Positions 47,886-64,000 of a stretch of 64,000 bases of DNA are shown piece after piece (position 1 is the first letter of the stretch; every line of letters begins with the position of its first letter). Origin of the DNA: Pristiophorus japonicus (taxonomy: Eukaryota). The stretch is taken from positions 162,502,001 to 162,566,000 of the forward strand of contig NC_091991.1 of NCBI RefSeq assembly GCF_044704955.1. Direction: 5' to 3'. Made by a program: the position numbers and the translations under genes. Below the pieces are notes generated by a model. The model was not told where the DNA came from. It saw only the letters and a list, made by a program, of their open reading frames with translations, and made no database searches.

Positions 47886-48559
47886 GAGGGGGAGGGGGAG
47901 GAAAAAGAGATTGTGCTGTCTCCCCACCTGCCTCACATTCACCCACCCCATATCATTCTTCCACCATCCTCCAGTTCAGTGCACTCCATTCCCCCTCCCA
48001 ATCTCTCCACCCAAGCTCTTAACTCTTTCTTGGCCCCTCCTTATGGTCTTGACCATTTCTCCACCTCACCCAGCCAATCCCCCATCCTCCTCTCATTCGT
48101 GACATTTTCCACAAGAAAAAACAACTGGCAACAGGGTGGAAGTGTGGTTCAGGCTGTAGCCGGGCAGATGCGTGGCCCCAGTGGGTCTGCCCCCATAGAG
48201 GTGCAAGTGTGCAGAATGACAAACTTGTTCATACAAATAACCACACCAATAATTCTGTGGCTATCAAATTCTGTTTAATAATGCCCACATGAAGTGCCTT
48301 GGGACATTTTACCAAATTAATGGCACTATATAAATACAAGTTGTTGTAGCTTAAATATAATACAAATAACTTAATTAAACTCAGTACAGACAAAAAGCAA
48401 ACTTCACATGTTCAAAATGGGAAAGCAAACAAAAGGCTGAAAATATGCAGGGCAAACAGCACCTTAGAGAAACAAATCAGTCAACATTTCAGATCTGAAA
48501 CAGACAGTTGGATTTTGGTTCCTCCATTGATGCCACCTGTCCAGAGCATTTCCAGCCTT

Positions 48560-49490
48560 TTATATTCTGATTTTAAAACCATAGTACATTGTTTAAAAAA
48601 ACAAAAAGCATGCACACGACATTGTGGGAATAGAGATTGTTTTAGCTGTCAGTAGTTTTTGATGAAAGCTCTTCAATCCATTGGATGTCATACTTCCCAT
48701 TACCTGCAATATAACATTAAAAATCAGCAATACAAACCCACTATCTTAAGTCGAGACAAACTCTTTAAAAAAAAATCGAGACGTGGCATTAAAAAAAAAC
48801 TAACCATTTGCACTGCACTTTTTTTTGACAGACCATTTCCAGCATTTTCTGTTTTAATTTCAAAGTTTATTGGCATGCGGGTTTTATCAGCCACCAATAG
48901 CAAAGAAGTGGGCAATAAGCTGAGCAGGCCATTTAATTTAGGCACACTTATCTTACCAAGGGCTACAGACAAAGCCTTTGGTCATTTTCAGAGTGTGCCA
49001 CAAGTGGCCTAGTGAACAGAGCACGTGTTCCCTCCCTAATGCCGCAGCAGGACAGGACAGCAGCCTCGGTGAATTACTGGTTATCCGGAGATACCCCACA
49101 CACCAGACTGGAGGTGGTCTGGGAAGGCGATAAACGACTTAGTCGTTTTAATTATGTTAAGCAAAAAAGTCAACACCAGACAACATTTGCTAGTTATACT
49201 TTTCCTCAATACAAAGTTTCATATCTAGTAAATCAAATAGCACAATTTACACACAAATTTTTGCAGATTGACTTTTTGATGATACGGTTAAAACAGCGCG
49301 ATTTAAAATATTGTTAACGGTTATGGGTTTTTTTTTCTCCCCGAATAGGAAAACTCTCCGGAGCTTGAAATGAAAATAAACTAACACTAAAACCACCGTT
49401 AAAGCGGCCCAAAGCGCTCAGTAAGAATTCATAAGCTGTCTCCTCAACACCTTCACCCACTTACCTCCCGCTCTGCCGACAGCTCGGCAA
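48560..49490 (-). ncRNA. SNHG9: SNHG9-like non-coding snoRNA host gene, divergent from RPS2 (3' end approximate)
   Basis: Minus-strand TATA (CTATAAAA, 49515-49508), short exon ending GAG|GTAAGT at 49465, intron holding an H/ACA snoRNA, acceptor atattgcag at 48704-48712; same position as human SNHG9. Confidence 0.55.
48865..49000 (-). ncRNA. SNORA78: H/ACA snoRNA SNORA78 (ACA64) ortholog
   Basis: Hairpin 1 ggcacact/agtgtgcc with pocket CTGAAAAT...AAGAT (complementary to 28S AUCUUGAUUUUCAG); H box AAATTA; hairpin 2 ggcctgc/gcatgcc with pocket TCAGC...AACCC as in recalled human SNORA78; terminal AUA plus 3 nt; 136 nt. Confidence 0.8.
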
Positions 49491-49499
49491 TCTGCCGGA

Positions 49500-49735
49500 G
49501 CCGCCAATTTTATAGTCCTGCGACGTGTCCGCCCCCGATCATGAATAATACATAACAACTCGCTTGGTCTATGCGCGGTCAGGGGTAGCCGAGGGTGGGG
49601 AATGATCGATGCTCGATCCGGGGCCTGCCTTTTCTGGCCGGATTCCCCGCGAGATCCGCTTTGAAATCTCGCGAGATCACGAAGGCTTAAAGAGGGTCGC
49701 GCGCGGGCACTCGGCCTTCTATTGAAAATAATCAC
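49500..49735. promoter_or_regulatory. Bidirectional RPS2/SNHG9 promoter and RPS2 non-coding exon 1 (~49715-49735)
   Basis: TCTCGCGAGA (BANP-type) palindrome 49667-49676; pyrimidine initiator ccttct at 49715; donor CAC|GTAAGT at 49735; minus-strand TATA 49508-49515; CpG-rich. Confidence 0.75.
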
Positions 49736-50469
49736 GTAAGTAAGGTGGTATTTGAAGCATGACAAGCGGCCTTGAATCTCAGCCATCCGCCTTCGACGGG
49801 GCCCGTCAAAGGTGGCATGACCTGCAGCTTCAGTTAATAAGATGCCTTGTGTGGATATTTTTTGTGATTGATCGTTTTATAAAGAGTTTTGGGGCGCACG
49901 GATTTCTGGATTCCACCGCTGGCTAGGTAGGCCGCGGCTCTCCCGGGATTCGCCGCCGCCATTGCTCCAGTACGGCGGGGTTTGCGCTTTTAACAGCCTT
50001 AAGATTGACCTCAAACCGAGCCTAATTGTAGTAAGCCGAGAGAATCAGTCCCGAGTGGGGCCTGCAGCCGATCGTCGCTCACCGCATGGAGACGGGCGCC
50101 ATGGGACCGTGCCCTCGGACTGACACACACACACACACACACACACAGGATAGAAGGACCAGGCCGCGCCTTGTGAAGTGAGGGCTGCTGGACCGGCAGG
50201 ATACTTCTCCTGAAGCTCCAATCCTCTCTGCATTTGTGTGAAAAGATAATAAGTTCAGTCATAAAACCAGGATCCTGAATCACAAGTCACAGAAACCCAG
50301 GGGAGAAGGAATCTTACCATGCCGTTACAACAAGATTTTTGCTTTCGATTGAACGGGTTTCGTATCTGCCCACGAGTGCTCCTGCTTTCAGTGTAATATG
50401 CCGGACGGATTCACCAGAATGGAGATTTAGTCATGAAGGGACTTAAGAGTTTTGGGCTACTGAATGGTA

Positions 50470-50895
50470 TCTGTGGCTCAATGGTAGCACTCTCGCCTCA
50501 GAAGGTTGAGAGTTCCAAGTCCCATCCAGGATACTTGAGGGGGAAAATCTAGTGCAGTAATGTTGCACTGTCAACGGTGTTGTCTTTTAGATGAGATGTT
50601 GAATTTAAGACCCCACCTGCCCTTTCAGATGGATGTAAAATATCCCATGGCACTACTGTGAAGGAAGAGCAGGGGAGTTCTTGCCAGTATCCTGCTCCAT
50701 ATTTATCCCTCAACCATCAACACTAAAACAGGTTATCTGAGGAATATCTCATTGAGGGACCTCGCTGAATGTAAATTAGCTGCATTGTTTCCCAAATTGC
50801 AACTAACTACAATTCAGAACTACTTTATTGGTTGTAAAGTGCTTTTGGAAGGCCCTGAGGTTGTGCAGGGGGCTATATAAATACTTGTCTTTTTT
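50470..50895 (+). mobile_element. Deu-domain tRNA SINE (diverged) in RPS2 intron 1
   Basis: ctgtggctcaatggtagcactctcgcc head; atcccatggcact...gagcaggggagttc core. Confidence 0.7.
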
Positions 50896-51411
50896 ATCAG
50901 TTAAAACTAAGTCGAATCATGAGCACAGAAGGGGGCCGTTCAGCCCATTGTTCCTTTGTTGGCTCTTTGGAACAGCAATCCAAATTAGTCCCACTGCAAG
51001 TTTATCCTTTTAAGTATATATCGGATTCCCCATTGAAAGTTACTGCTTCCACCATCCTTTTAAGCAGTGCAGTAATTTAAGGGATAGTGACCTATTTGAA
51101 GTCTTCCAAGATTATGAAGTGTTCCTTAGATAAAGGTCATTTCCACTGGTTGACATCATAATTGTGCATAAATAACAGATTCAGACTGCGATTTACAAGC
51201 AGGAAGTACTGTGTAAGAATGGCTTCGATGTTTTCGTGCAGGTACAGCATCCGTTAATCCCAAATGCTCTGAAAACCGCCCACAAGGTAAAGTGGTGAAT
51301 CGTACAGCACCTGCGTCCGAAGTTGGTGTTCCAGAAAGGCTTCTAAAATATAAATGTGCTGCAACTGAAGCTTTTGATCCCTTAATAGCCTATCTTTTTT
51401 ATTTGCAGCAA

Positions 51412-55008
<3,597 letters not shown>

Positions 55009-55759
55009 GCATTTATGCAAAGAAGAAAATAAAATCTGTTGTCCATGATCTTGTGTTTATTGTGCTCTTTGTTTTGGATGGGGGTAGATTTTGATGGGAA
55101 AATGCTGAACAGATCATACATTGTATTAGAATGAAAGTAGCTGCTGAATAATCTGTGTTATTCTGATCATTTTTAATCTTGCCAATTAGGTGGGTAAGCA
55201 ACAAGTTTAATTCTGATGTGATCTTCCCTTAATGCAAATTATTCTTCAACCCTCTGGGAAGTAATCAGTTGATGATTTTAAATAGAGGGATCAACCTGGT
55301 CTCCATTACACCATGACATAGATGGAAATATCAATAACCACCCATGATGGGGATTAAAAATCCTGTAGATTTTTGCAAGTGGGGGGAGTAAATTCCAGTT
55401 TGTAATCGGTCTCTGTCGCTTCCCTAGCCCACCAAGCCAACGGTCTACCTATCCTCTCCAACCTTCCTTGACCCTATTCTCAGCAAACTGCTGGCCCCCG
55501 TGTTAGCTAATATTGCTAACGATTCCCTCTCCTGGGTACATCCCCCACCCTTTCAAATCTCCCTCTTTTTAAAAAAAAAATACCACATTTGACACCTGTC
55601 CTTGCAAACTGCTGCCTCACCTCCCATTCCTCTCGGGTTTTGTTGTGGCATCCCACATCCATGACCATCTTTTCCCCCAACTATACCCCTCCAATCAGGT
55701 TTTTGCTCTTGCCACAGCCCTGATCCGTCACAGATTATATCCGTGGGTGGTCATCCCAC

Positions 55760-57475
55760 AGATGAAATGTATCCCAGGCTGTTAAGAGAAGCAAAAGAGG
55801 AAATAGCAGAGGCTCTGATAATCATTTTCCAATCCTCTGGCTACAGGTGTGGTGCCAGAGGACTGCTAATGTTGTACAGGTTGAACCGCTCATCCAGCAC
55901 CCTCAGGACCTGGCCTGTGTTGGATAAGGGATTTTGCCAAATGAGGGGAGGTCACGTTAAATTAGATGGTACAGGTACTGAGCACGGGTATATTGGGGCT
56001 GGGAGTACGGCAGAGAGATTGGGGGGGGGGGGGGGGGGGGATGTCGATTGTGGGGTCAGGCCAGCGGTTGCAGGAGTCAGCAGCGAGGAAAGACTTCAAT
56101 TTGTTCATGTCGGAGCGGCCGGGAATGGTGCTGGACGAGGGGTGCTGCCGGATAAGGATGGTTCAACCTGTACCTTTGTTTAAAAATGGATAGACAAAAT
56201 AATTACAGGCCAGTCAGCCTAACCTCAGTGATGGGAAAATTATTGGGACAGGATAAATCTTCCATTTTTAAAAACATGGATTAATCAAGGACAGCATGGA
56301 TTTGTTACGGGAAGGTTGTGTCTGATAACTTAATTGAATTTTTCGAGGAGGTAACCAGGAGGGTCGATGAGGGCAGTGTGTATGATGTAGTGTATATGGA
56401 TTTTGGCAAAGCTTTTGATAAGGTCCCAAAAGGAAGACTGGTTACAAAAGTAAAAGCCCATGGGATCCAGGGCAAAGGGGCAAGTTGGATCCAAAATTGG
56501 CTCACCGGCAGGAAGCAAAGGGTAATGGTTGATGGGTGTTTTGTGACTGGAAGGCTGCATTTAGTGGGGTTCCGCAGGGCTCTGCTGGGTCTCTTGCTTT
56601 TTGTGCTATATATCAATGACTTGAACTTAAATGTTGGGGGTATGATTAAGAAGTTTGCAGATCACACTAAAATAGGCTGTTTGGGCGATAATGAATAAGA
56701 AAGATGCGGACGGCAGGAAGATACTAATGTACTGGTCAGGTGGGCAGAACAGTGGCAAGTGGAACTCAATCCGGATAAACAAGTCAAGGGAATACATATT
56801 AAATGGTATGACACTGAAAAGTGTAGAGGAACAATGGGACCTTGGAGTTCAGGTCCACAGATCCCTGAAGGTAGCAGGCCAGGTAGATAAGGTGGCTAAG
56901 GCGGCATATATGGGTTCTTGCCTCTTATTGTCGAGGCATGGAATACAAGAAAAAAGATGTTATGCTTGAACTATAACACACTGGTTAGGCTGCAGCTGGA
57001 GTAGTGTGCAGTTCTGGTCACCACATTACAGGAAAGATGTGATTGCACTAGAGAGGGTACAGAGGAGATTTACAAGCATGTTGCCTGGACTGGAGAATTT
57101 TGACTGGGGAAAGATTGGAGATTCTGGGTCTGTTTTCTCTGGAATGGGGAGGCCGAGCAGAGACCTTATTGAGGTATCAAAATTGAGGGGCCTGGATAGG
57201 AAGGACCTGTTTCCCTTGGCAGAGGGGGTCAACAACCAAGGGGCATAGATTTAAAGAAATGGGGGTTGGTATTGAGATATGAGGGGACATTTCTTTACAC
57301 ATAGGGTGGTGTGGGGGTTTGTATCTCACTGCCTGAAAGGGTGGTAGAGGCAAAAAGCCTCATCTACAGATCAAGAGCTGGAAAGTGGGATTAGGCTGGA
57401 TAACATTAGGTCGGCTGGCATGGACACGACGGGCCAAAATGGTCTCCTTCCGTGCTGTAAATTTCTATGATCCTA
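55760..57475 (+). mobile_element. CR1 LINE ORF2 fragment interrupted by a MITE
   Basis: DEMYPRLLREAKEEIAEAL; NLIEFFEEVT...YMDFGKAFDKVP; KKFADHTK; CR1 tail. Confidence 0.85.
55877..56170. mobile_element. Tc1/mariner-type MITE
   Basis: TIRs caggttgaacc / ggttcaacctg flanked by TA duplications; the host CR1 reads through once it is removed. Confidence 0.8.
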
Positions 57476-57895
57476 TGTGACTGGTGAACTATTCCTTTTT
57501 TGGCCTTTGCTTTGGGTGACCACACCATCCTCCAGTGCGTCTCCTTCATCCAGCTGGGTGGGACTATCCTCACCTGGTTCTATTACAGTTGTGGCCAGCG
57601 AATCACCTGCAGTGGCTCTCATCCTGCTGTTACCTTGACTCCCCCCCCCTCCTTGGCCTTGCCCCCTCCTATTTCTCAGATGCATGCTGTTCTTCGAGCA
57701 CCAAGACCACCTACGTCCACTTCAGTAACATCGCTGGTCTCTACCCTGCCTAAACTCATCTGCTGAAACCTTGATTCGGATTATTCCAATGCTCTCCGGG
57801 CTAGCTGGCCTCCAACCTTGCACCCTCTGTAAATTTGAGCTCATCCAAAACTCTGATGCCCGTATCCTAACTTGCATCATCTCATTCACCCACCT

Positions 57896-58110
57896 TCCTA
57901 GGCGGTCCCTCGTATCGAGGATGACTTGCTTCCACACCAAAAAGGGATGAGTTCATAGGTGTTTCAATGAAGGACCTGATATTCCCAGTCCCGAACTACA
58001 TGTTGAAGGGTGGATTTTTTTTAATGTGATGGTCGTTGCACACCAGCCACCACACGGGCTTGACACAGCTAGGTCTTGGTCCAGTGGCAAGGATTAACCA
58101 AGGCAACTGG
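57896..58110 (-). mobile_element. Short non-autonomous element with RTE-like 3' tail
   Basis: taggcggtccctcgtatcgaggatgacttgcttccacacc is the reverse complement of the family tail. Confidence 0.75.
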
Positions 58111-59189
58111 AGACACTTACCGCCTTGCTCTCATGCGCCCTGGAGATCATGACATTATCCGGTGCACAGCGCCCCGGATGCAATATTCACTCCCCCCTGC
58201 AGCATCACCGAGCGTCAACAACGGCAGCTACAGGAGGCATTGTCACCTCGGCTGGCCGCTTGGTGAGCGCTAATTAAAGGCCGTGGTGGTCAGGTAGGGC
58301 AAAAAAAATTTATGTCCCCATTTTGGTGCCTCCTGCTTTCCTGTACTGCCGAGGTTGCTCAGCCCTGCACACTCAGCGTGCTTGGGGCTGCTATGCACGT
58401 AGCACAGGTGCCGTGGCCCAACACAGACAGCAGGAAAACTCATTTACCCCAGCACTGGCCCATCCCTTTAAGCGAGGGAAGGAGCCTGTAGAGACAGCAG
58501 CGCTGCACTGAACATTGCTCAGCGCTCTGCCAATACCGCCCCTCTCACTCCCTTTAGTGCTCTAAGGGAAGTGATAGTGTTCCACTTCCCTCGGAGCGCG
58601 AAAGTGGAAGTTCCCGTCAGCTGCAAATCTTTTTAGCCCGGCGATACTCCCACAAAAGTTATCGCCCCAAGCCCAAAATATCTTGTCATTTATCTCATTG
58701 CTGTTTGTGGGACCTTGCTGTGTGCAAATTGGCTGTCACATTTTCTATATTACAACAGTGACCTTACTTCAATAGTACTTAATTGGCTGTGAAGTGCTTT
58801 GGGACATCCTAGCATCATGAAAGGTGCTACAGAAATGTACGTTTCTCTTGATCCCTTAAGACTGGGTTATATGGCCAGACTAATTCTGCAACACGGCAAC
58901 TTGGCCTGCATTTGAAACCATCATATGCGAAAGGATAGTATTTTACTACATTGAAAGATAAAAATGTCAGATACTGAAAATCAAATAAAAACATTTCTGT
59001 ATGTGAAATTGATATCCGAAGACCCTTTACAATGACGGCTATGTTTTGAACTGAAGCACGATTATGCCTTTTATGTTCACTTACACAACTGGATCATTTT
59101 TTGTGATCATTCCACACGATAATGAAATATTAAATGTAGTTCAAAGTGTTTCACCTGGGAGACACAAAAATGCAGGAAGGTATTACTTA

Positions 59190-59800
59190 AATGGAAATAA
59201 AATGTGCATAGAAAATTAGAGATGTGGGATTCTTGATTGACAACAATTAGAAGCTTGCCCAACAATATTCGGTGGCAGTGAGTAAAGCAAATCAGATGTT
59301 GGGATGTATTAAATGGTCAATACTGAGCCGAAATAGTGGGGTAATCCTGCCACTTAATAAATCATTGGTGCGAATGCCCTTAGAATACGGTGTACTGTTC
59401 TGGTTGTCACAGTACAATATTGCAGCTATTGAAAGGATATAGAAGAGAGCAACCAGAGGGATTGGGTTACAATGAGCGAGTGTGTAAATTAGGCATACTC
59501 ATTGGAAAAAGAGGGCGAGAGGTGATACGATTGCTGTTTTTAGAATTTTATAGGGATTAATGCAGACTATGACAAGCTGTGTCCAGCAGAACCAGAGGAC
59601 ACGGTCTGTGCTTGAAAAGAGGTAAATTCAAAACTAATCTGCGGAAACATTTCATAGTGAGTGGTAAATCAATGAAACAGGGCTCCCCAGGGAAATGAGG
59701 GAAGCGGTTCGTATTAATGCACCTAAATACAAATTAGGTAAATTTATTTCAGAAAATACTATTTCAGGATACAGTATATGTAATTTGAGACGGAACATGT
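59190..59800 (+). mobile_element. Old CR1-like LINE 3' fragment
   Basis: KANQMLGCIK...YGVLFW and RTRGH-type coding remnants. Confidence 0.6.
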
Positions 59801-60311
59801 GGTAAGTGTAGCATGATTGGGGGAAACGGGTGGCTTTGGACCAATGGTTACCAAAGTTTTCCCACTTGGGGGTTTCCTCGTCTCATGCTTGTGTCTGTTG
59901 TAGGCTAATTGATAGAGACTGATTGCCATTAGTCAACAGCTCCATTATCACGACTACCGGGATGCAAGAAGGTGCACTAAATGAACCTTTTTTTCATCTA
60001 ACAGTTTCTATTTAAATAGTTACTGTAGGTCACATAAATAAAATAAGGACTCCTAAAATCTGGGCTGTGAGGAAAGACAAACCCTTTTACTTTCGAAATG
60101 TTCAACTGGTTTTGTGACTCGTGGAGCTGCACAATAGTATGGCCTTTACCTAAACATTGCTTGGACTAGGTTTGCAGGGGGTATAATTTACACAATTGTG
60201 GTGTAAGTCTGACTGTTCAACACTAACTGGCAGCCTCTTGCAAGGCGAAAGTTTGCTAATGTGTAGCAGATGCTGCATTATGGCATATCTTGTATAGTGT
60301 TGGTATAGTAT

Positions 60312-60760
60312 AGCTGTGGCTCAGTGGGTAGCACACTCGCCTGAATCAGAAGGTTGTGGGTTCAAGTCCCACTCCAGGAACTTGAGTACTTAAATCTAGG
60401 CTGACACTCCAGTGCAGTGCTGAGGGAGCGCTGCACTGTCGAAGCTGCTGTCTTTCAGATGAGACGTTAAACCGAGGCCCCGTCTGCCCTCTCAGGTGGA
60501 TGTAAAACATCCCATGGCACTATTTCAAAGAGCAGATGAGTTATCCTCAGTGTCCTGGCCAATATTTATCCCTTAATCAACATAACAAAAACAGATTTTC
60601 TGGTTATTATCACATTCTGGGAGCTTGCTGTGCGCAAGTTGGCTGCCGCATTTCCCACATTACAACAGTGACTACACTCCAAAAGTACTTCATTGGCTGT
60701 AAAGCATTTTGAGATGTCCGGTGGTCGTGAAAGGTGCTATATAAATGTAAGTCTTTTTTC
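60312..60760 (+). mobile_element. Deu-domain tRNA SINE
   Basis: Highly similar to 7819-8280. Confidence 0.85.
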
Positions 60761-60839
60761 TTTAAATTTGTTCTTGGGATGTGGGCAGCACCAGCATGGT
60801 GCAACATTTATTGCTCATACCTAATTGCAAGGAGGACAT

Positions 60840-61430
60840 TAAGAACCCTCATTCATTCCTTTGTTACCTCTAGACTTGGCTACTCCAACTCACTCCTGGC
60901 TGGCCTCCCACATTCTTCTCTACATAAACTCGAGGTCATCTAAAACTCAGCAGCCCTTGTCCTAATTCGCACCAAGTCCCGTTCACCCATCACCCCTGTG
61001 CTTTCTGACCTACACTGGCTCCTAGTTAAACAATGCCTCGATTTCAAAATTCTCATCCTTGTTTACAAATCACTCCATGGCCTTGCCCCTTCCTATCTCT
61101 AATCTTTTTCAGCCTCACAACCCCACAAGATGTCTGCGCTCCTCAAATTCTGCCCTCTTGAACATCCCTCATTATAACTGCTCAAACATCGGTGGCTGTG
61201 CCTTCAGCTGTTTGGGCCCTAAGCTCTGGAACTCCCTCCCTAAACTCGCCGCCTCTCTTTCCTCCTTTAAGATGCACCTTAAAACCTACCTCTTTAACCA
61301 AGCTTTTGGTCATCTGCCATAATTTCTTCTTTTGTGGCTCGGTGTAAAATTTATCTGTTTGTTTTGTAACACTGTTGTGAAGCGCCTTGGGACATATTAC
61401 TACGTTAAATGCGCTATATAAATAAAAGTT
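60840..61430 (+). mobile_element. L2 LINE 3' fragment
   Basis: LIHSFVTSRLGYSNSLLAGLP; GGCAFSCLGPKLWNSLP...FKMHLKTYLF. Confidence 0.8.
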
Positions 61431-62248
61431 ATTATGTAGTGTTGGAACTAGAGTCATATGTAGACCAGATAGGGTAAGGAATATGGTTTTAACAAGAATA
61501 TAAAAAATGGGGTCAAAGGCATAGTGCAATTTTAGCTTTCCATGGAAATGTCCTGGTCTTGCAAACTTCTTACAAGTAACATTTTGACAGTTGATCAGAA
61601 ATAGGTTCATTTTCTTGAGACACTATTCATTAAGATCTTAACTTTCACCAAGTCTATTTATAGACTTGCATAACATTTTTAAAATTGTTAGCCATGACAT
61701 TTGATTAATCCTTATGATCTAATTAGACATAAAATCATTGATTGGTTAAGACAGAATATAAATTTACCTTTGTGATACCAAGAAAAATGAATAGGTCTCT
61801 CACTTCCCGGAGTAGGAAAATCTGGCTAGTTGAAAGTGTCAGCGACTGCTCCTTGATCATTAGATATACTGAAGCAACATGCGAGTGTCCTTCCAGGAGG
61901 TTGGAGAAGCCTCTGGTGTGTATAAATGTCAATCATGAATAGGACACCACAGTTGTGGCTGCTGACTACTCAGCAGCAGGATTTCTAATTGACAGGAATG
62001 ACTTGTAAGAACTCACCACATTACCTGTACTTTGTGCAGGTTATAAAGAATAAAACATCTAATGTGTTGACAAAAGCATAGATTACAGGTTATGCATTAT
62101 TTATTATTTAGCAGGTATCTCAGTGACATGTGAAATTCAGCATTTTTGTACAATTCGAACACATTCACACTGTACATTATAGGTGAAGGTTTGTCACAAA
62201 TTTCATTTAAAAAAATGATTTTCCAGTCCCCAGTGCTTTGCGGCACTC

Positions 62249-63159
62249 TTAAGCTTCCGATGCTGCCTTTTTGTTCTCCTCAATCATTCGATGCTTCTGT
62301 TTCATTAGACACTTTCTGGAACTACCATAAGCCCCCAGATCGCCATCTGCAAAGAGTGGTTGGGGGTGGGGGGGGGGGGGAAAGAGGAGGAAGAGAGAGA
62401 GAGAGAAAAAAACAGCAAATTTTACAGGAAATCAGATATAAAATTTCCTCCACTCATAAATGGTTGTGTACCACAAAAACACAGCACCCCATGTTTACCA
62501 AATTGTCTTGTGGAACATATATGAATGTTTTCTTCAGTATAAGCAACCAGAGCACTGTAAAACTTTAGGTGGTCTACTCTAGTATTGGAGAAGTGTCCAG
62601 CTCACAAGTACTTTTTCATGGTGGTCTAATCATTAACATTGATAAGTATTATGGTTAAAGGAAAAGTTTGCTGGATAAATTCTTAGAAACTGACAGCAGG
62701 ATTTAGTTCCAGTAACATTCTTCAGCAGAGTCATGACTTACGTCAATGAGACCCTGCAGTCTCAATATACAACTATGATATGCATCAGCAAACTGAAGGG
62801 ATCAATTCAAGATTCATAGGAATTCTGTTTGGGGGGGGGGGGGGGGGGGGGGAAACGATTCTACTTGAAGAAAGTACTAATAAGAGCAGTTCAGTGTAGA
62901 ATGTGGGATGGGTGCTTAGAACAGGTTTTGCTAGATAAGATACAATACAATTTTTTATTGCACATTAAACTGGTTATAAGATTACTTATAGAAATAACCA
63001 CTCTGCAAACGTTGCTTACATCTCGATTGGTAGCCTTTGGCTGCTTGCTTGAATTGTTCCAGCTCCTTAGCGCAGTTCTGTATGTAGCTGTGGCCTTCCC
63101 TTTGCTGGCAGGCTCTCAGACGCTCCTGAATAATTTTCATAATTTCCTGATCTACCTTG
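62249..63159 (-). CDS. NDUFB10: NADH dehydrogenase 1 beta subcomplex subunit 10, exons 3-4; 5' exons beyond the right edge
   Basis: Exon 63159-63020 (140 nt, [46 protein letters not shown]) and exon 62346-62249 ([32 protein letters not shown]); minus-strand AATAAA at 62100-62105; convergent with RPS2 as in human. Confidence 0.95.
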
Positions 63160-63644
63160 CTGTGGAAAAAAAGTACAAGTTTACTTAAACCACATAAACA
63201 AAAGAAGTGCTGCTTGATATTAAACGAATTGATTGTTGGAACCGTCTACAAGCCTTGGCAACTATCGAATACTAGACTTCCATCGAGTGACTACATGTCC
63301 GAATGCTTGCCTCAGCTTCTGCTTTACTGTGAGATTTTGTGACATTAAAGTTTTCCATGAAGTATTGCAGGTTCACAGGTACAGATAATGCAGAAAATCA
63401 CATGGTCTACAAAGCACAGACATCAACTGAAGACACGCTGCAACGAGCTCTGGCAGGATTCCTCCCCTGCACTGAACATTATTGTCAGAACAAATCCGGT
63501 GCATCTTCCAGAATAGAAACTGAGAGGTGTGGAATGAGAGAGACGGTGGAAGAGAATGATAGAATGAGAAAGAAACAAAGAAGGAGCTATTGAAATACAG
63601 GAAAAAGAGATGACTTCAGTTACCAGGAAAGATGACAGAATCTA

Positions 63645-64000
63645 GGGTTGTTGTCCACCTTGGTGGGACTGCACTTGCCTGGTTCCATTCTTATCTACCT
63701 AATCGTAACCAGAGAATCACCTGCAATGGCTTCTCTCCCACTCCTGCAGTTACCTCTGGGGTCCCCCGAGGATATATACTTGGCCCCCTCCTATTTCTCA
63801 TCTATATACTGCCCCTTGCTTACATCTCGATTGGTAGCCTTTGGCTGCTTGCTTGAATTGTTCCAGCCTAAAATACAGCGTCAGTTTCCACATGTATGCT
63901 GACGACACCCAGCTCAACCTCACCACCACTTCTCCAAACCCCTCCACTGTCTCTAAATTGTCTGACATCCTGGGAAGACAGAGGCCATTGTCTTCAAGCC
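63645..64000 (+). mobile_element. L2 LINE RT fragment carrying a 52-bp copy of NDUFB10 exon 3
   Basis: ALAWFHSYL...SGVPRGYILGPLLFLIY...YADDTQL coding remnant; interrupted at 63816-63867. Confidence 0.8.

Noticed and set aside
49020-49148. Second H/ACA snoRNA on the minus strand ending ggaACAcgt
   Set aside because: No ANANNA H box between convincing hairpins; the well-formed SNORA78 lies at 48865-49000.

Overview
Repeat-rich vertebrate genomic DNA, most consistent with a cartilaginous fish (shark). Evidence: Deu-domain SacSINE1-like SINEs, CR1/L2/RTE/Tx1 LINE debris and spliceosomal introns. The window covers the conserved TBL3 - RNF151 - SNHG9/SNORA78 - RPS2 (SNORA10) - NDUFB10 cluster. It holds TBL3 exons 1-3 (minus), an RNF151-like RING gene with an extended acidic C-terminus (plus), a complete RPS2 (plus, one GC-AG intron) sharing a bidirectional promoter with an SNHG9-like snoRNA host, and NDUFB10 exons 3-4 (minus). 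Bases 1-5548 are a multiply deleted class I (epsilon-like) endogenous retrovirus inside TBL3 intron 3; it carries a 2H-phosphodiesterase-like domain after the protease and a UGA-CUA gag/pro junction. The most unusual signal is a ~350-bp polyA-tailed, TSD-flanked retroposon built as a mosaic of spliceosomal snRNA pieces (U2-U1-U2-U2, then weaker U4/U6-like pieces). It occurs full-length at 37495-37846 and 5'-truncated at 43743-43938, and resembles the SINEU elements described from crocodilians. Also notable: a ~290-bp tandem array of Tx1 3' ends, and a 52-bp copy of NDUFB10 exon 3 that creates a potential cassette exon. Homology calls rest on recalled reference sequences; no searches were run, and most TE boundaries are approximate.
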